Assembly: GCF_964355755.1 (NCBI RefSeq)
Contig: NC_092673.1
Span: 7,378,001-7,442,000 of the forward strand
DNA length: 64,000 nt
Direction: 5' to 3'
Source of the DNA: Antedon mediterranea
Taxonomy: Eukaryota; Animalia; Echinodermata
The notes beneath the pieces are model-generated. The model was given only the letters and a program-made list of their open reading frames with translations. It did not search any database and was not told where the DNA came from. This document shows, in pieces, positions 39,401 through 52,165 of this stretch (positions are counted from its first letter, which is position 1; each line of letters begins with the position of its first letter). The position numbers and the translations under genes were made by a program.

Positions 39401-42400
39401 AAATTACAAACTTCTCATAATATATTCCGATTTATTAATACATATGATTGATTTGGTCGTTCTTATTTTGCAGTGTATTCGTATTCTGCAACTTTGTGAC
39501 GACACAAACAATAAAGCCATTTATTCACTTGTGAATGATAAATAAATAAAATAGATACCTGGATCTGAAGTTGGGTCACTACCTGAAACATGGGATACAA
39601 ATGACAACCGGGAAAAACGATAACATTCGTTCTCTTTTACCATATATACTATTGTTTAATCTTAATATATTAATATAATATGACAGAATTTAGCAAATCA
39701 CCATGGGCACCAGACAAAGGTAAAAACAATGGAAAAGACATGCTTTCTATTCTTACTCATTCTTTTCTTTTTCTTCATTTTTTATTCTTTTCTCTTTATC
39801 ATGTCTTCTTTTTTGTTTCTTTTTCTTGCATAGCTTAATAATAGTCTGTTGTTTTGTTACCAAAAATAATGATATATTAATGTTTAATCCTAGGAAATAT
39901 GACAGCATTTAGCGAATCACCATGGGCACCAGACAAAGGGGAAAACAACGGGAAAGACATGCAATGGGGAGGGGGGACGCTTTATGTTGACAAAGATGAA
40001 CTTTCGAATACAAACACAGGTGGAAGAAGAAAATTATCATATCGCAAAAAAATTCCAACAGTGGACTTATCAAAATGGATTCAGAAAAATACACAAAGGG
40101 AAGATTATGTAGTATTCAAATTGGACGTTGAGGGCGCTGAATTTAAAATTCTTGAAAAAATGCTGAAGGATGGAACGTTTGAATGGATTGATAAGTGAGT
40201 ATGGTACTGATAATTGGGAGCTTTATATGAATTAGTTACGTCATATATTTCAATTAAGTTATGGGTGGCTTCTATATAGGTTAAAGACGACGACCAAAGA
40301 CACAATATGAACTGGAAGCTTTTAACAGGAAGTAGATGCTAAACAGTTACGTAATCGACCCTCATAGAATGTTATTAACACACGCTTTTTATCCGAATAT
40401 TTTGTTTCCCCCGAAAATCAGATATTATGGTGAATATCATATAAGTCAACCGGTGGGAATCGATAAAGTTGAACGATTAAAGATTATAAAAGATGTAAAA
40501 ACAAATGGAAAAGCAATGTTAGATTGGGCAGGAGAGCAAAGAGATTACGAGGATTTTTCGACAATTCATCCATCGATGGTAAGTACTAAACATTTAAAGA
40601 TGAAGTTCATCAGAAATACACATAGTAAGCAGAAGTTGATTTAAAATGTTTTTGTATGCAGATATACAAAAAAAGTGTCAGTCAGTCTTTCCAATTAAAC
40701 ATTCCTTATTATTTTTCTAAACAATTACCTTAATTTAAAAACAAAGTAAAACTTTTTTGTTGTTTTTTTGTGACATGATCCACCACTTTTTTTCTTTTAT
40801 AATAATCATCATGATTAATACATTACAAATTATTCAGTGTTAAGTGTTAAACCATGGAGGAAATAAATAATAATATTACAAAGCCTAAAATTAGCACCCT
40901 GAGAATTAATTCCGAAAGACAAACAAAATGAGACCAATTGTTTGAGTTGAATTAAATAAAAAGAAGTGGATGGGTGCAAAGAGAAACAATTTTTAAATAG
41001 ATTCTTTATCTATTTTACAGATAATATACCACTAAACACAGTAAAACATTTAATACTTTGTTGAAACTGTCATTGTCATAGTCGATTGAAATAGTAAAGT
41101 ACATGTAACGATACACCACTACACGGCGTTTACATTTTGTTGTAATTACAGTATTGATTAATACAAACGTTGAAAATCAACTGTCAGTAATAACGTTTAT
41201 TTGTATAGTGTTAATATAATGTAAAACACCTCTATTGGGGTGAAAATCGTAAATTCCCTTTAATTAGTAGGCCTAATGGTTTTCAATTGTTTCTTAGATC
41301 CAATCCATACTTAAGTTGGTTCCTACCCACCAACATTGTTCTGCGTTAGGGCATGTGATCCTTCGTACTGTAGGCATATCCTAATTTGTTTAATTTTCTT
41401 AGAGCCAGCTCATATGGTACGTTATTTACACGGGTAAGTTGGTTCCTACCCACCAAAGTTTGCGGTAACTGCTCATGAAAGCAACAACTCGGGTTTAACT
41501 ATGCCTAAACAGGCCCTTCATGTGATACCGCGGTTTTGGTAAAAGCGATGTAGTAAAACAAATTGTAATCGTAAATAAATAATAATCTAATTTAACCTAA
41601 TTAGTAGGCCTAATGGTTTTAAATTGCTGATACAATTTAGTACGGATATACTGAATGTCCTTAATGCGAATACTGTATAAATAAAACTAAACACGTCCTA
41701 TAACAAGGCAGTATACATGGCTACAGTCGCGTGCGCAAATTTGAGTTAGTTTTTACCGACCGACCAACCAACCTACCGACCGACATAGTGAGCTGTAGAG
41801 TCCTCCAATTGCCCAGATGGCTCTCGAATACAGGAACTTTTGGCGTTTATAGCTGGAAATTGTAAAAATGAACACAGAGCGAATGAATACAGTCAAACCC
41901 GATGTAATCTGTAGCCAAATACCATTGCCATCATGAGAATTTTAAATGAAAAATAAACTTTAGACTTGAATTGTCTGTATTGCATGGTATCGACCTGCCA
42001 CATTATTATATCTTCTTATTTATAAAATTCGTATCAAACATGGATTGTTTTTTTACAACAACGTCTTGCAATACTATATAATATATATGTGTTGTACACT
42101 ACTGTACATCTACTGGTTATTTGCATTTTCAGTGTTACATAATAATTATATATTTCTACTGTCTGATCAATTGAAATAAGTACTTGCACAGCGCTACCCA
42201 TGACATTGAGGGGGAGGGGTGGGTGGTGTGGGTGGTGGTTGAACTGCAATAATAATGTTGATTGTACCTCTCTGCAATCACTGATTGAAAACAATGGATC
42301 GACATTCTGTTGTGCATTGCGCGTACTTGCCTTTGTGTTATTACGACGCCTGAGGGAATAGACACTCGTGTAAGAGAGATTGGAACTCATTCATCGCAAA

Positions 42401-45400
42401 TCATACATTTGTATAAACGTATATCAAAATAGTATTTTTAAAAGAAAATCGGCCTGTCTTCAACATTATGATGCTGTACTCGGGCTGTTTAACCGGTTTT
42501 CAGCTATCAAAAACAACTATCGTAGAAGGAGATAGGTAAATGCGAAGCATCCTCGTATTATTGTGTGAGGGTTGTGAAGGAAATTGAGAATCTCCTTTTC
42601 AAAATAAATTCGGAAAACAAAATATGTCACATTATGGGCGATTTTAATATTAACCTTAATTAATTCATTATGATAAAAATGATAAAATAAATGATTTTAT
42701 AGACATTATGTTATCAAATTCGTTCTGCCCCTTAATATCAAAACCCACTAGAATCTCAATATCCTCTGCGACACTCATTGATAATATTTTTACAAACCAG
42801 ATAGACACAGAGTTCACTACAGGGGTTCTAATATCTGATATTACTGACCACTTACCAATATTTCAAATAAATCGTATTGAACAAAATATTAAAGTATCAG
42901 ATGATTCTAGCAATGACAATTGTTACCAGTTCAGGTATACCATCAATGATGAATCAATACAGAATATCAAACATGAAATTAGTTTAATGGACTGGACCCC
43001 TATTACACAAGAAGAAAATCCAAACACTGCATATGAACTCTTCCATCAAATTCTTAAAAGTATCTATGATAAACATTTTTTACGTAAAATAAAAATAAAA
43101 AAACATAAAGAAAATAAATTTAAACAACCATGGATGACAAATGATCTACTAAAATCAAGTAAAATAAAACGTAAACTTTACAACAAATATTTAAAAAATC
43201 GAACAACAGAAAACAAACGAATTCATGATACGTATCGGAAAATATTTAATAGTGCTTGTCGTTCAACCAAAATAAAATACTATTCTGATAAATTCTCCCA
43301 ATCAAAAGGCAACCACAAAAAAACGTGGGATGTGATAAACTCGGTGATGTCAAATAGGAAGGCCATCCTCCCTGATACATGATGGGGAAGACATTACAGG
43401 GGAAGATAACATCACTTCTTCATTTAACAAATATTTCGTAAACATTGGAAATAACCTAACTAAACAAATAAACTGTTCGATTAATCCATTAGAATATATG
43501 GGTAATTGCCAGCCAAGTTCATTTTTCACCACACCTGTAACGGAACAAGACATATTTGACATTATAAATAACATAGACAGCAATAAAAGTCCAGGGTACG
43601 ATGATATATCCCCTCGCGTTGTTAAAGACATTACAGATTATATAATTGTTCCCCTTACACATATCACAAACTGTTCTTTCGTTTCTGGTATAGTGCCAAA
43701 CAAACTTAAAATTGCTAGGGTAATTCCAATATATAAAAAGGGTAAAATCAACGAAATTAAAAATTATCGTCCTATATCAATCCTTCCAGTCCTATCCAAA
43801 ATCCTTGAAAGAGCAATGTATAATAAACTATACACCTACTTAACGAAATATGCACTCTTAAACCCCCACCCACCAATACGGATTTCGAGGTAAGCACTCA
43901 ACATCCCACGCCATACTTGAACTAACAAAACACATAATCACATCTTTCGAGAACAAGAAATACTTAATTAGCGTATTTATGGACCTATCAAAGGCATTCG
44001 ATGTAATGAATCATGATATTTTGCTTAAAAAGATACATCAAATTCAAATTCAAATTCAATTATTCTTTATTCATCCTCAATCATGAAAATATACAACAAC
44101 AATATATGAGAACATAAAAAGATGAAAAGGAAACACATAAAAACTCAAAAGAGCTTGATTAGTTGTGTCCCCCTACGTCCCTAACTAGCCTAAAAAACTA
44201 AAACATAAATAATACAAAAGCTAAATCCTGCAACAAGTATTATTTTTAAAATTATTTGTAAAATGATAATAAATGTTCTTTAAACAATGATTTAAATATA
44301 TATATTGATTTGGTACTTTGTAGTTCGTAATTCAAGTCATTCCACAATTTGGGTCCCACACATGACACAGTAAAACTAGTAGAAGTACGATTACGTTTTC
44401 TGAGTCTCATTTTGTCTTTAGATCTTGTGTTATAATTATGGTAAGAACCATTTTTAATAAAGAGCGATGAAAAACGCACGTCCTGATTAGTAGTAACATT
44501 ATACATGAAAAGCCCAATTTGGTACTTATTGATATCCGCAATTTTAAGAAGTTTAAATTTATAGAAACATTCAGTCATTGAATCATTAAACTTTAACCAT
44601 GTTATAGCTCGTAATGCCCTTTTCTGGAGTTTCAATAACTCATCTAGATAACTTGGAAATGTACTACACCATATTATGTTGCAATAATTTAATACTGGTT
44701 CAATGAGTGATTTGTATATTGTCTAGAGAGCATAGGTTGGTAAAAAATGTCTTACTTTATATAGTATGCCTACATATCGAGATATTTTCCTAGCTGTAAC
44801 ATTGATGTGGTTCTTATATGCGAGAAATTCATCAATATGTACTCCAAGGAATTTAGTCGATTTAACTCTATCTATTCTTTTATTGTTGACATAAATATTA
44901 CATTCTCTAAATTACTTGGATTTCGCTGATTGCGGAAAATTATGTAATTAGTTTTTTTAACGTTGATTGATAGTTTATTGCACATGAACCAATCCGAAAC
45001 ATTTTTTAGTTCACCATTAACTAGTTCTATGAGCGTATCCAAGTTTTCGTGAGATGCAGATATGTTTGTGTCGTGTCGTCAGCAAATAAAACAAAAGATA
45101 ACGAGTTTGAGCAATTAAATACATCGTTAATGTACAAAATAAAAAGTAGAGGCCCCAGAATTGAACCCTGTGGTACACCGCAATTTATATCCATCAAACA
45201 CGAACTTGTGTTATCAACAGACGTAAATTGTTTCCTTCCACTAATATAGTTTCTAAACCATTTAAGGGCCGTGCCTCTTTTGCCATAGTGTTCCAATTTT
45301 TTAAGAAGTATATCATGGTTGATGGTGTCAAACGCTTTTGACAAATCAATAAATATTCCGATGGTATTTTTTTTTCTTATCAAGCGCATCGGTTATTCGT

Positions 45401-48400
45401 TCAACCAGATCTATAACGGCCATAAAAGTAGAACTGTTTTTTCTGAAACCATATTGTGCATTATTAAGGATGTTACACTTTGTGATATAATTATTTACTC
45501 TAATTTGAACAATTTTTTCAAGAATTTTTGAAGCGGTAGGCAGAATAGAGATCGGCCTATAATTACTGACGTCACTTTTATTGCCAGATTAAAAAATTGG
45601 AACTACTCTAGCTACTTTCATACTATCAGGGACCATGCCTGTCTCAAGAGAGAGGTTAAAGATATGTACAAGAGGAGATGCCACAGCAGCAATAATATGT
45701 TTTAGAATGCGATTACTTAAGTTATCAACACCTTCTGAATTTGAATTTTTGATTTGACTAACTATTTCAATGACCTCTTCTTCATTCGTAGGATTGAAAA
45801 ATATGGATTGGGATTGACTCTCTTTCATATATTGTTTAAAGTCAGAATTGTTTACATTTGGTATTTTGTTTGCTAATTCATTTCCAATGTTGGAGAAGAA
45901 GTCATTAAAAGCGTCAGATGATCACATACCAAAGTTTTATTACTATGGTTAATTACCTCAATTGGCTTAACACTCGATTTTTTTCTATTTAGAACTTCAT
46001 TTAAAACTTTCCATGTTTGCTTTGAATCGTGTCGAGCTGCATCCAGTTTTTTTGGAATAATACTGTTTTTTCCGAATTCTAATTAAATGAGTTAATTTAT
46101 TTTTGTACTTTTTATATATATTTTTTTAATAATTGTGTTGGGTTTTTAAGGTATTTTTTATAAAGTTTATTTTTCTTTTTTATTGAAATCAAAATTCTTG
46201 TTGTGATCCATGGTTTTTTCTTTGTATTACCATTTGGCTTATTACTTTTTGTAGGTATGTTATTATCTACGCGATTGGATAGTTTTTTAATAAATAGGTT
46301 ATATGATGCATTGGTATCTGTGCATAAATATAGTTCACCCCAATCCTCATTAGAAATAGCAATAAGCAAGTTATTTAATGTTGTATCATTAATTATTTTT
46401 TGTTTTGTAATTGGAGCTTGTGTGTTAGTATTTAATGACAAGTGTGTTGTCATGAAAATGGGTAGATGATCGGTAATTGTCAGTGACTATTACTCCACAA
46501 TGCGAAATGTTATCATTTGTAATAATATTATCTAAAATTGTAGCAGAAGACGATGTTATTCTGGTGGGTAAGTTGATTAATGGATTAAAAGATGTTGAGT
46601 AAATAATGTTTGTGAATTCCTGTGTTGTTTTTTGAATGTCATATTTTAATAAGTCTTGATTAAAATCTCCTAAGATATAGCAGTTTTTGTTTTCGCGATT
46701 AAGTTTATGTAAGATTTCTTCCAGATCAGAGTTAAATGAGTTGACGTTTGAATTTGGTTGTCGATAACATACCTACAATAGTATTTTTGCCGTTTGTGTT
46801 TATTATTTCTAGAAAAAGTGAATCAATGGAGTTATCATTAAATACAAAATCATCACGTGTTACGGTGTTGATTTGTTCTTTTAAATATAGACAAACTCCA
46901 CCACCGACTCTAACTTCTCTATTACAAGTGTACATATTGTCCATTGATATTTAATAAGTCAATTGGCGTGTTCTTAGTTTCCGAGAAACCAAGTACATCA
47001 AACGCATGACCTATGGTATCTAACATAATGCTAATTTCGTCGAAGTGTTTTGGAAGACTACGTGCATTCATGTGTAACGTTGTAAAGATACCATTGTTAT
47101 CAATTTGCACCTGTAGCTCATTTAGTTGTGTTGGAGTGAAATATTTGCATAAACCAGCCTCGTCACTTTCAAAGCAATCTATGGAATGTGTAGGACTCGA
47201 TTTATTTTCATATTGAGTCGTGCTCATAAAGTAGTATTGGAAAAAGAACAAAATCGAATCAATTCACCAACTGTTAAGCAAAATGGCGTTCAACTAAATG
47301 ACTAAAAACCGGCAGGTTAGCAATACAATAATAAAAAAAAAACACAATTTACAATAAAAAGAATCACAATAAAGCGCACACACACCAAACAGTTAATGCA
47401 GTCTATAATGTATACAATAGTTAAAATTCTGGTTTCAGGGCAAAAACAAGAAATCTCACAATTTCACATTTAATGTAATACCACACGGTAAATTAGGTGG
47501 AATGCAGTTTGTTGAGATCGGACAATTTTGTTACGACAATCTTCTTCTACAGGGAGTTGTGGTTAGTACATGTATGCGTCCATCTTGGGTCCAGACTGCG
47601 GTCAAGGCGGAATTATGCTGGGTTTTGATGGTTCTTAACAATTTCATCCTTTTCATTGTTAGGTTCTCGTGTATAAAGGTATCGGTACCTTTCAGTTTTC
47701 TTTTTGCTTTATAAACTTCATTTCTTTTATTGTATTGAGCGAACTTCACAATAACTCACCGGGGCTTGCCGTTACTTGGTTTCTTGGGGCCTAGTCTGTG
47801 ACTCCTATCAATGTCATTATGATTCACCGTAAGGTTCATCTTAGAACTAAATAATTGTGTAACAATATTATCGGTATTCTCACCTACTTTCTCCTTCAGT
47901 CCGTGTATCACCAAACAGTTCCTCCTGGAATATTGTTCACTTTCATCCAGTCATTCGACTCGTCAAGTTCAAATCTAAGAGCATTCATAGTGGCTTTACT
48001 AACAATTTGCTCATGATCATCGATGTTATTTGTTTCGCTAAGTTATCCAATATGTCCGATTTGCCATCAAATAAGAGTTTCAATTCAGATTGGATAATGC
48101 CAGCGATTTCCTTAGAGTCTATGTCGCAATTGGACTTATCTAACTTATCATTAAGGCAAGGGATGCCTTTTCCTTCAGCCTCTTTTTGGTTACGACGTGG
48201 CCTGGCTGCAGGCGAATCGTCCCTCTGTCCTCCTTTTGGCTTATCACCGCCCATGTTGCGGGCAAATAAAACACTGGAATCGAGTAAACAAAATTCCTTG
48301 AGGTAAATGAACAATAGTAAACGTAGGTTGCGACTATGTGTAACAATGCATTCAGCTGGTGTGACACGTGAAATGTTTGATTTCCAGGAGCGATTATTCG

Positions 48401-51400
48401 ACACGTCTTACTCGCATCGCTTCTCGATTGTGTCAATAAATGGCGGCGTGCGCAAATTTAACTCCCGAGTCGTAAACATAAATTTTCTAAAGTAGGCCTA
48501 AGGCCTAAGATTAGTTTGTAAAATAATTGTCTAATTAAAGGAATAATAGTCAATACAAATAAAGTTTCCTTTATTACTTTTATTTATTTCCTTACTCCTC
48601 CATTTCGCCATTTTCCCGCTACAAATCGAAGTTTAACTCCTGTCTGGAAGAGCCTGTGAACTTCGCGACTCCATTTTCTTTTTCAGCCGAATCTATGGGC
48701 GTAAGGTCGTCGACGATAAAAATCGGTTCGTCTTTAAGGACTTGCCTTCGGTCTTTCATGATGGAAACCTTTTCTCTATATGATAGGAGTTTCACTAACA
48801 TATGTTGGATTCCATTTTTTTCAATGCAGTTTTCTGCTTCTTTCTTCTTTAAACCAATAATTCTTATATTGTTTCTTCTGGAAAACCGTTCTGCTTTATT
48901 CGTTTCAAGCTTAATCCTTTCTAGTTCTCCACTTACTTGCTCTCCTAGTTTGACTCAAATTCATTCAATTTCTTGTCTTTAACTGCTTCTTTCTTTTCTA
49001 GTTCCTTTATTCGTTTATCGTTAAAGTCTATAGACTTCGATAATTTAGTTTCTAATGCTTCCTGTGACTTTAAAATCTCTTCGAGGGACTGTTTCACGAA
49101 GCTTTCGAAGTCGATGTCGTCCGGTACAGCTTGGCTCGCATTCTTCCTTGTTTGTCTAGTTTGGTTCATTGTTATGTTAATGCTGGACTCGGGAGCTAAG
49201 AAAGCGCGTGACCGTTCACTCTGCCGTCATCTGATTAACTGCTATTGTTATCTTCTTTTATATAACATTTTTTGAAATAAAACTAAAGTTTTTTGTGAAT
49301 CAACACTTGCAAAAGTTAGATTAACATTTACAAAACCTAGAGAAAAATGTCAGTAGGCCTACAGAAACTATCGGAAATCGGATTCTGTATATTAGTCGGT
49401 GACCTAAATTAAATGGTAAAATGTAGGCCCTAGTCTCTAGTTCCATTGTATAATTCGAACACATCTTATTTGACTATTATGTTCATGTTGGTATAATATT
49501 ATTATTATTATGCTACATCTTTTTTCTTTCTTTTTTTTATTCATTTCAAAAAATACAACCATAACACAAAATCACTTAAATATAAAGTAATAAATATCAA
49601 AATGATATGAACGGTTAAATAAAGTAACTTACAGTGATCAAACAATATTAAAAACTATAAGTTATTAATTCCATTTTTTTAAAGTAAATAATTATTAATT
49701 AATTTGGTAAATGCTGTATTTTTCACAATTAGGTAACTAATCAAACTGAATATAATTTTGTTAATTAATTAACCAAATATATACATTTAATAACATATTA
49801 TTTTTTTTCCTCTTTAACATAATAATAATAAATGATAGCCTACACATATAAACATACATTTTTTGTTTTAAAGTAAATAATTAATTTGTTAAATGCTGTA
49901 TTTTCCACAATTATGTAACTAATCTAACTGAATATAATTGTGTTGTGTCAAATTAGCCAGATATATACATTTAATAACATATTAATATTTCTTTTCTCTC
50001 TTTAACATAATAATAATAAATAATACACATACACACATACACACATACACACATATTTATATATCTTAAACTGTATTATGACCAAGGAACTATAATATAA
50101 TTGTGCTAATTAAAATCAGATACATACATTTAACAACATAACCATTTTTTTTTTTAAATAATACAAATATACATACAGTATTTTAATTATCTATATTGTA
50201 ACCAAGGAACTAATAGTATAATAAATATCTAACAAGTAATAATTTCTGGTTTACAATTTAATTTAACAATTTTACAATAATAAATAGCAAGCGTAATAAT
50301 CATACACTAAAGTAAGTCATATCCTCGAGTAACAGTATCATTAAGTTATTAAATATAATCTTCTATTAATTTCCACTTTTGTATGAAATTATACAATCTA
50401 GGCCTACTTCTTTTAGAAGCAATGTTTTTTTCTACTTTATAATTAAATTTTAACCGATTAATAAAACCTGGAAGACTGGCTGTTTGTGGGTTAATTTGTA
50501 ACTAAATATATTTTTCTTAATCAACAAAATACATAGATTTAATAGCATATCAGGGTTTTTTGTATTGTAACCAAATAATATGGAGTTCTTATCAAGGTTA
50601 ATCGTTATGCTACATCTTAGTCTAATAACATGCCATTATCTTTCAGTTTATATATTATTTCAAATGTCTACATTGTATAATATAATATAACTAGTAGTTT
50701 AATAATTTCTTTTTGGCATTACATTTTTTGAAGGAGGGAACGTCTGTGTTTGTTTTATAGATTCCGGAAACGGTAGTAGGTAGCGCTGGAGCAATATACA
50801 CAAAATGTACTAAGCCGATGTATACAGCTTTAGTGTTAAAAATCGGAATGAGCAGAAAGCAAGCAGTTAAAGTTATTTCAACACTATCGTCGTACCGAAT
50901 AGTAATTCCAGTTACATTGTTTGTGTATAGTGAATTTGTCGAAGAATGGCCAGATCTTGTGAAGGAATGGACGAAAGTTTACTCTATCGGTCTTCGTGGA
51001 AATCATCCATATCCAACTGGACATTTTGAAAAGATGTCTCAAAACTGGATTCGAGAAGCTGTAGTTAGTTCTGAAATGCGTCTTCACGAACACGGAATTA
51101 TTCCCATATATTATCTACATACATTTAGAACAGACGGAAAAACAAATTCAGTTTTGAAAGAAAGAGGATTCCGTATTGTAAAGGCAAAATCAAGTTTCCC
51201 ACCAGAATCTAGTAAGTACATATACTGTATTCATTCTAGAGTACACATGTAAATACATGTAAACCAAATATAGTATGTTGGATGTTGTTGGTAGTAAGTG
51301 TATTATTATTATTTAGGAACTCGTAATTGTCTGACTATAATAATCAATGCATACATTATTCATATCTTCATTACAACAACATTGATGTATTACACAACAC

Positions 51401-52165
51401 TGGTCGTTTTCCATTACGAATAGCCTGAACAGCTGTTTCGACATATGTTTCTTTTATCGTATTATTACATTAGTGCAGTACAAATATCGAATAGTGTAGA
51501 TGCTAGAAAAATGTATAAAATTTTTATTTAGTTGGATAAATCTAAGAATGTGTAATAGGAAGTGAAGAAGAAAACGAAGAAATGAGCATTCTTTTTGCAT
51601 AGCATCGTATATTTGATTTAGAAAGATAGAACATTGATGTCGCCACGCGGTCACTTATCCTATCATAATAATCATATCCAGTGTTCCGACGGACTATAAT
51701 AATGAACCGCCATTTCTTCTTATTCTTTTTTCTTCAACCGGAAAGAAGCCTGTATCCTTTTGTAGCGTTGGAATTCCATTGATCGTTTGCACTATTTTCC
51801 CCACACATCTTTTACAGAGTGTCCAGCAAACTCTAGCCTTTTCTTTCTTCTTGTTATTTCTGGTACAGTAGTCGTTCTCCATATTATAACTCATGAATAT
51901 AATATAATAAATATGTACTATGTTACTTTTTATTTACTTTTCAGAACCTTTATTGACTGTTGAGAATTATTATAATTACCGTGATGTCGAGAGAGTACCA
52001 AAGGCTCTGAGAATCATCTATGGACAGCTTAAGAAAAACAATGGCGGAGTACTAAGCCTTGACACCGATCTCCCCGATACATCAATGATACTTGTTTTTT
52101 TGTTAGATTACCTTGTAGAAAAATCTGGTTTTACACCAGTTTCGCTTGGTAGCTGCATAAGTTAA
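33449..52165 (+). CDS. Uncharacterised type II membrane protein: FkbM-family methyltransferase + NodB/CE4-like domain, paralog A, 508 aa
   Basis: Six exons with consistent phases: 33449-33573 (signal anchor MQLNKVFGYIIFGIAGFVLGSTF), 37765-38036 (ILLDCGANMAS..HSFEID), 39894-40194 (VFKLDVEGAEFKILEKML), 40422-40578, 50761-51211 (PVTLFVYSEFVEEWPDLVKEW..IGLRGNH), 51945-52165 (GGVLSLD..LLDYLVEKSGFTPVSLGSCI). Exons 3-6 have the same lengths as in paralog B (301/157/451/221). Confidence 0.88.
35500..36350 (-). mobile_element. Highly degenerate LINE RT remnant in intron 1 of paralog A
   Basis: Minus-strand peptides LGTYCNNWKLTINIDKYKVKI and ILPILSYASEVW are typical of non-LTR RT C-terminal regions. 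Boundaries approximate. Confidence 0.55.
37005..37600 (-). mobile_element. 3'-terminal fragment of a CR1/L2/Crack-type LINE
   Basis: LPYLQYCNLI..QKRVVRII..EPLFKKLNILKV..SQFFITIHGPKLWNNL, followed by 3' UTR. Confidence 0.8.
39163..39230 (-). mobile_element. tRNA-like SINE head
   Basis: Minus strand AGCTCCAGTGGCATAATGGTTAGG..GAGTTCGAGTC has Pol III A and B boxes but no intact acceptor or anticodon stem. Confidence 0.5.
39677..39743 (+). pseudogene. Partial duplicate of the 5' end of exon 3 of paralog A (pseudo-exon)
   Basis: 67-nt copy of 39896-39962 with 6 substitutions, lacking the TAG acceptor. Confidence 0.8.
42590..44040 (+). mobile_element. Truncated CR1/L2/Crack-type LINE ORF2 (end of APE endonuclease to start of RT)
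   Basis: MGDFNINL, PTRISISSATLIDNIF, ISDITDHLPIF, KSPGYDDI, NYRPISILPVLSKILER, MDLSKAFDVMNHDILLKK; frameshifted; stops abruptly at 44040. Confidence 0.92.
44041..48428 (-). mobile_element. Near full-length, disabled CR1/L2/Crack-type LINE (ORF1 about 48254-47531, ORF2 about 47227-44252)
   Basis: ORF1 with EQYSRRNCLVIHG, DIDRSHRLG, FIHENLT and WTQDGRI; ORF2 with HMNARSL, GGGVCLY, IFIDLSKAFDTINH, GVPQGSILGPLLFILYIND, FADDT and GPKLWNDL; (GAATTT)n 3' tail at 44041-44060; multiple frameshifts. Confidence 0.93.
48595..49230 (-). mobile_element. 5' fragment (5' UTR + ORF1) of a second L1/Tx1/Crack-like LINE
   Basis: Coiled-coil ORF1 start (MNQTRQ..FNDKRIKELEKK), then ERFSRRNNIRIIGL and IFIVDDLT; frameshifted and internally deleted. 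Confidence 0.75.

Noticed and set aside
42708-47251. Active retrotransposon or domesticated reverse transcriptase
   Set aside because: Both ORF2 copies carry several frameshifts, stops or deletions.
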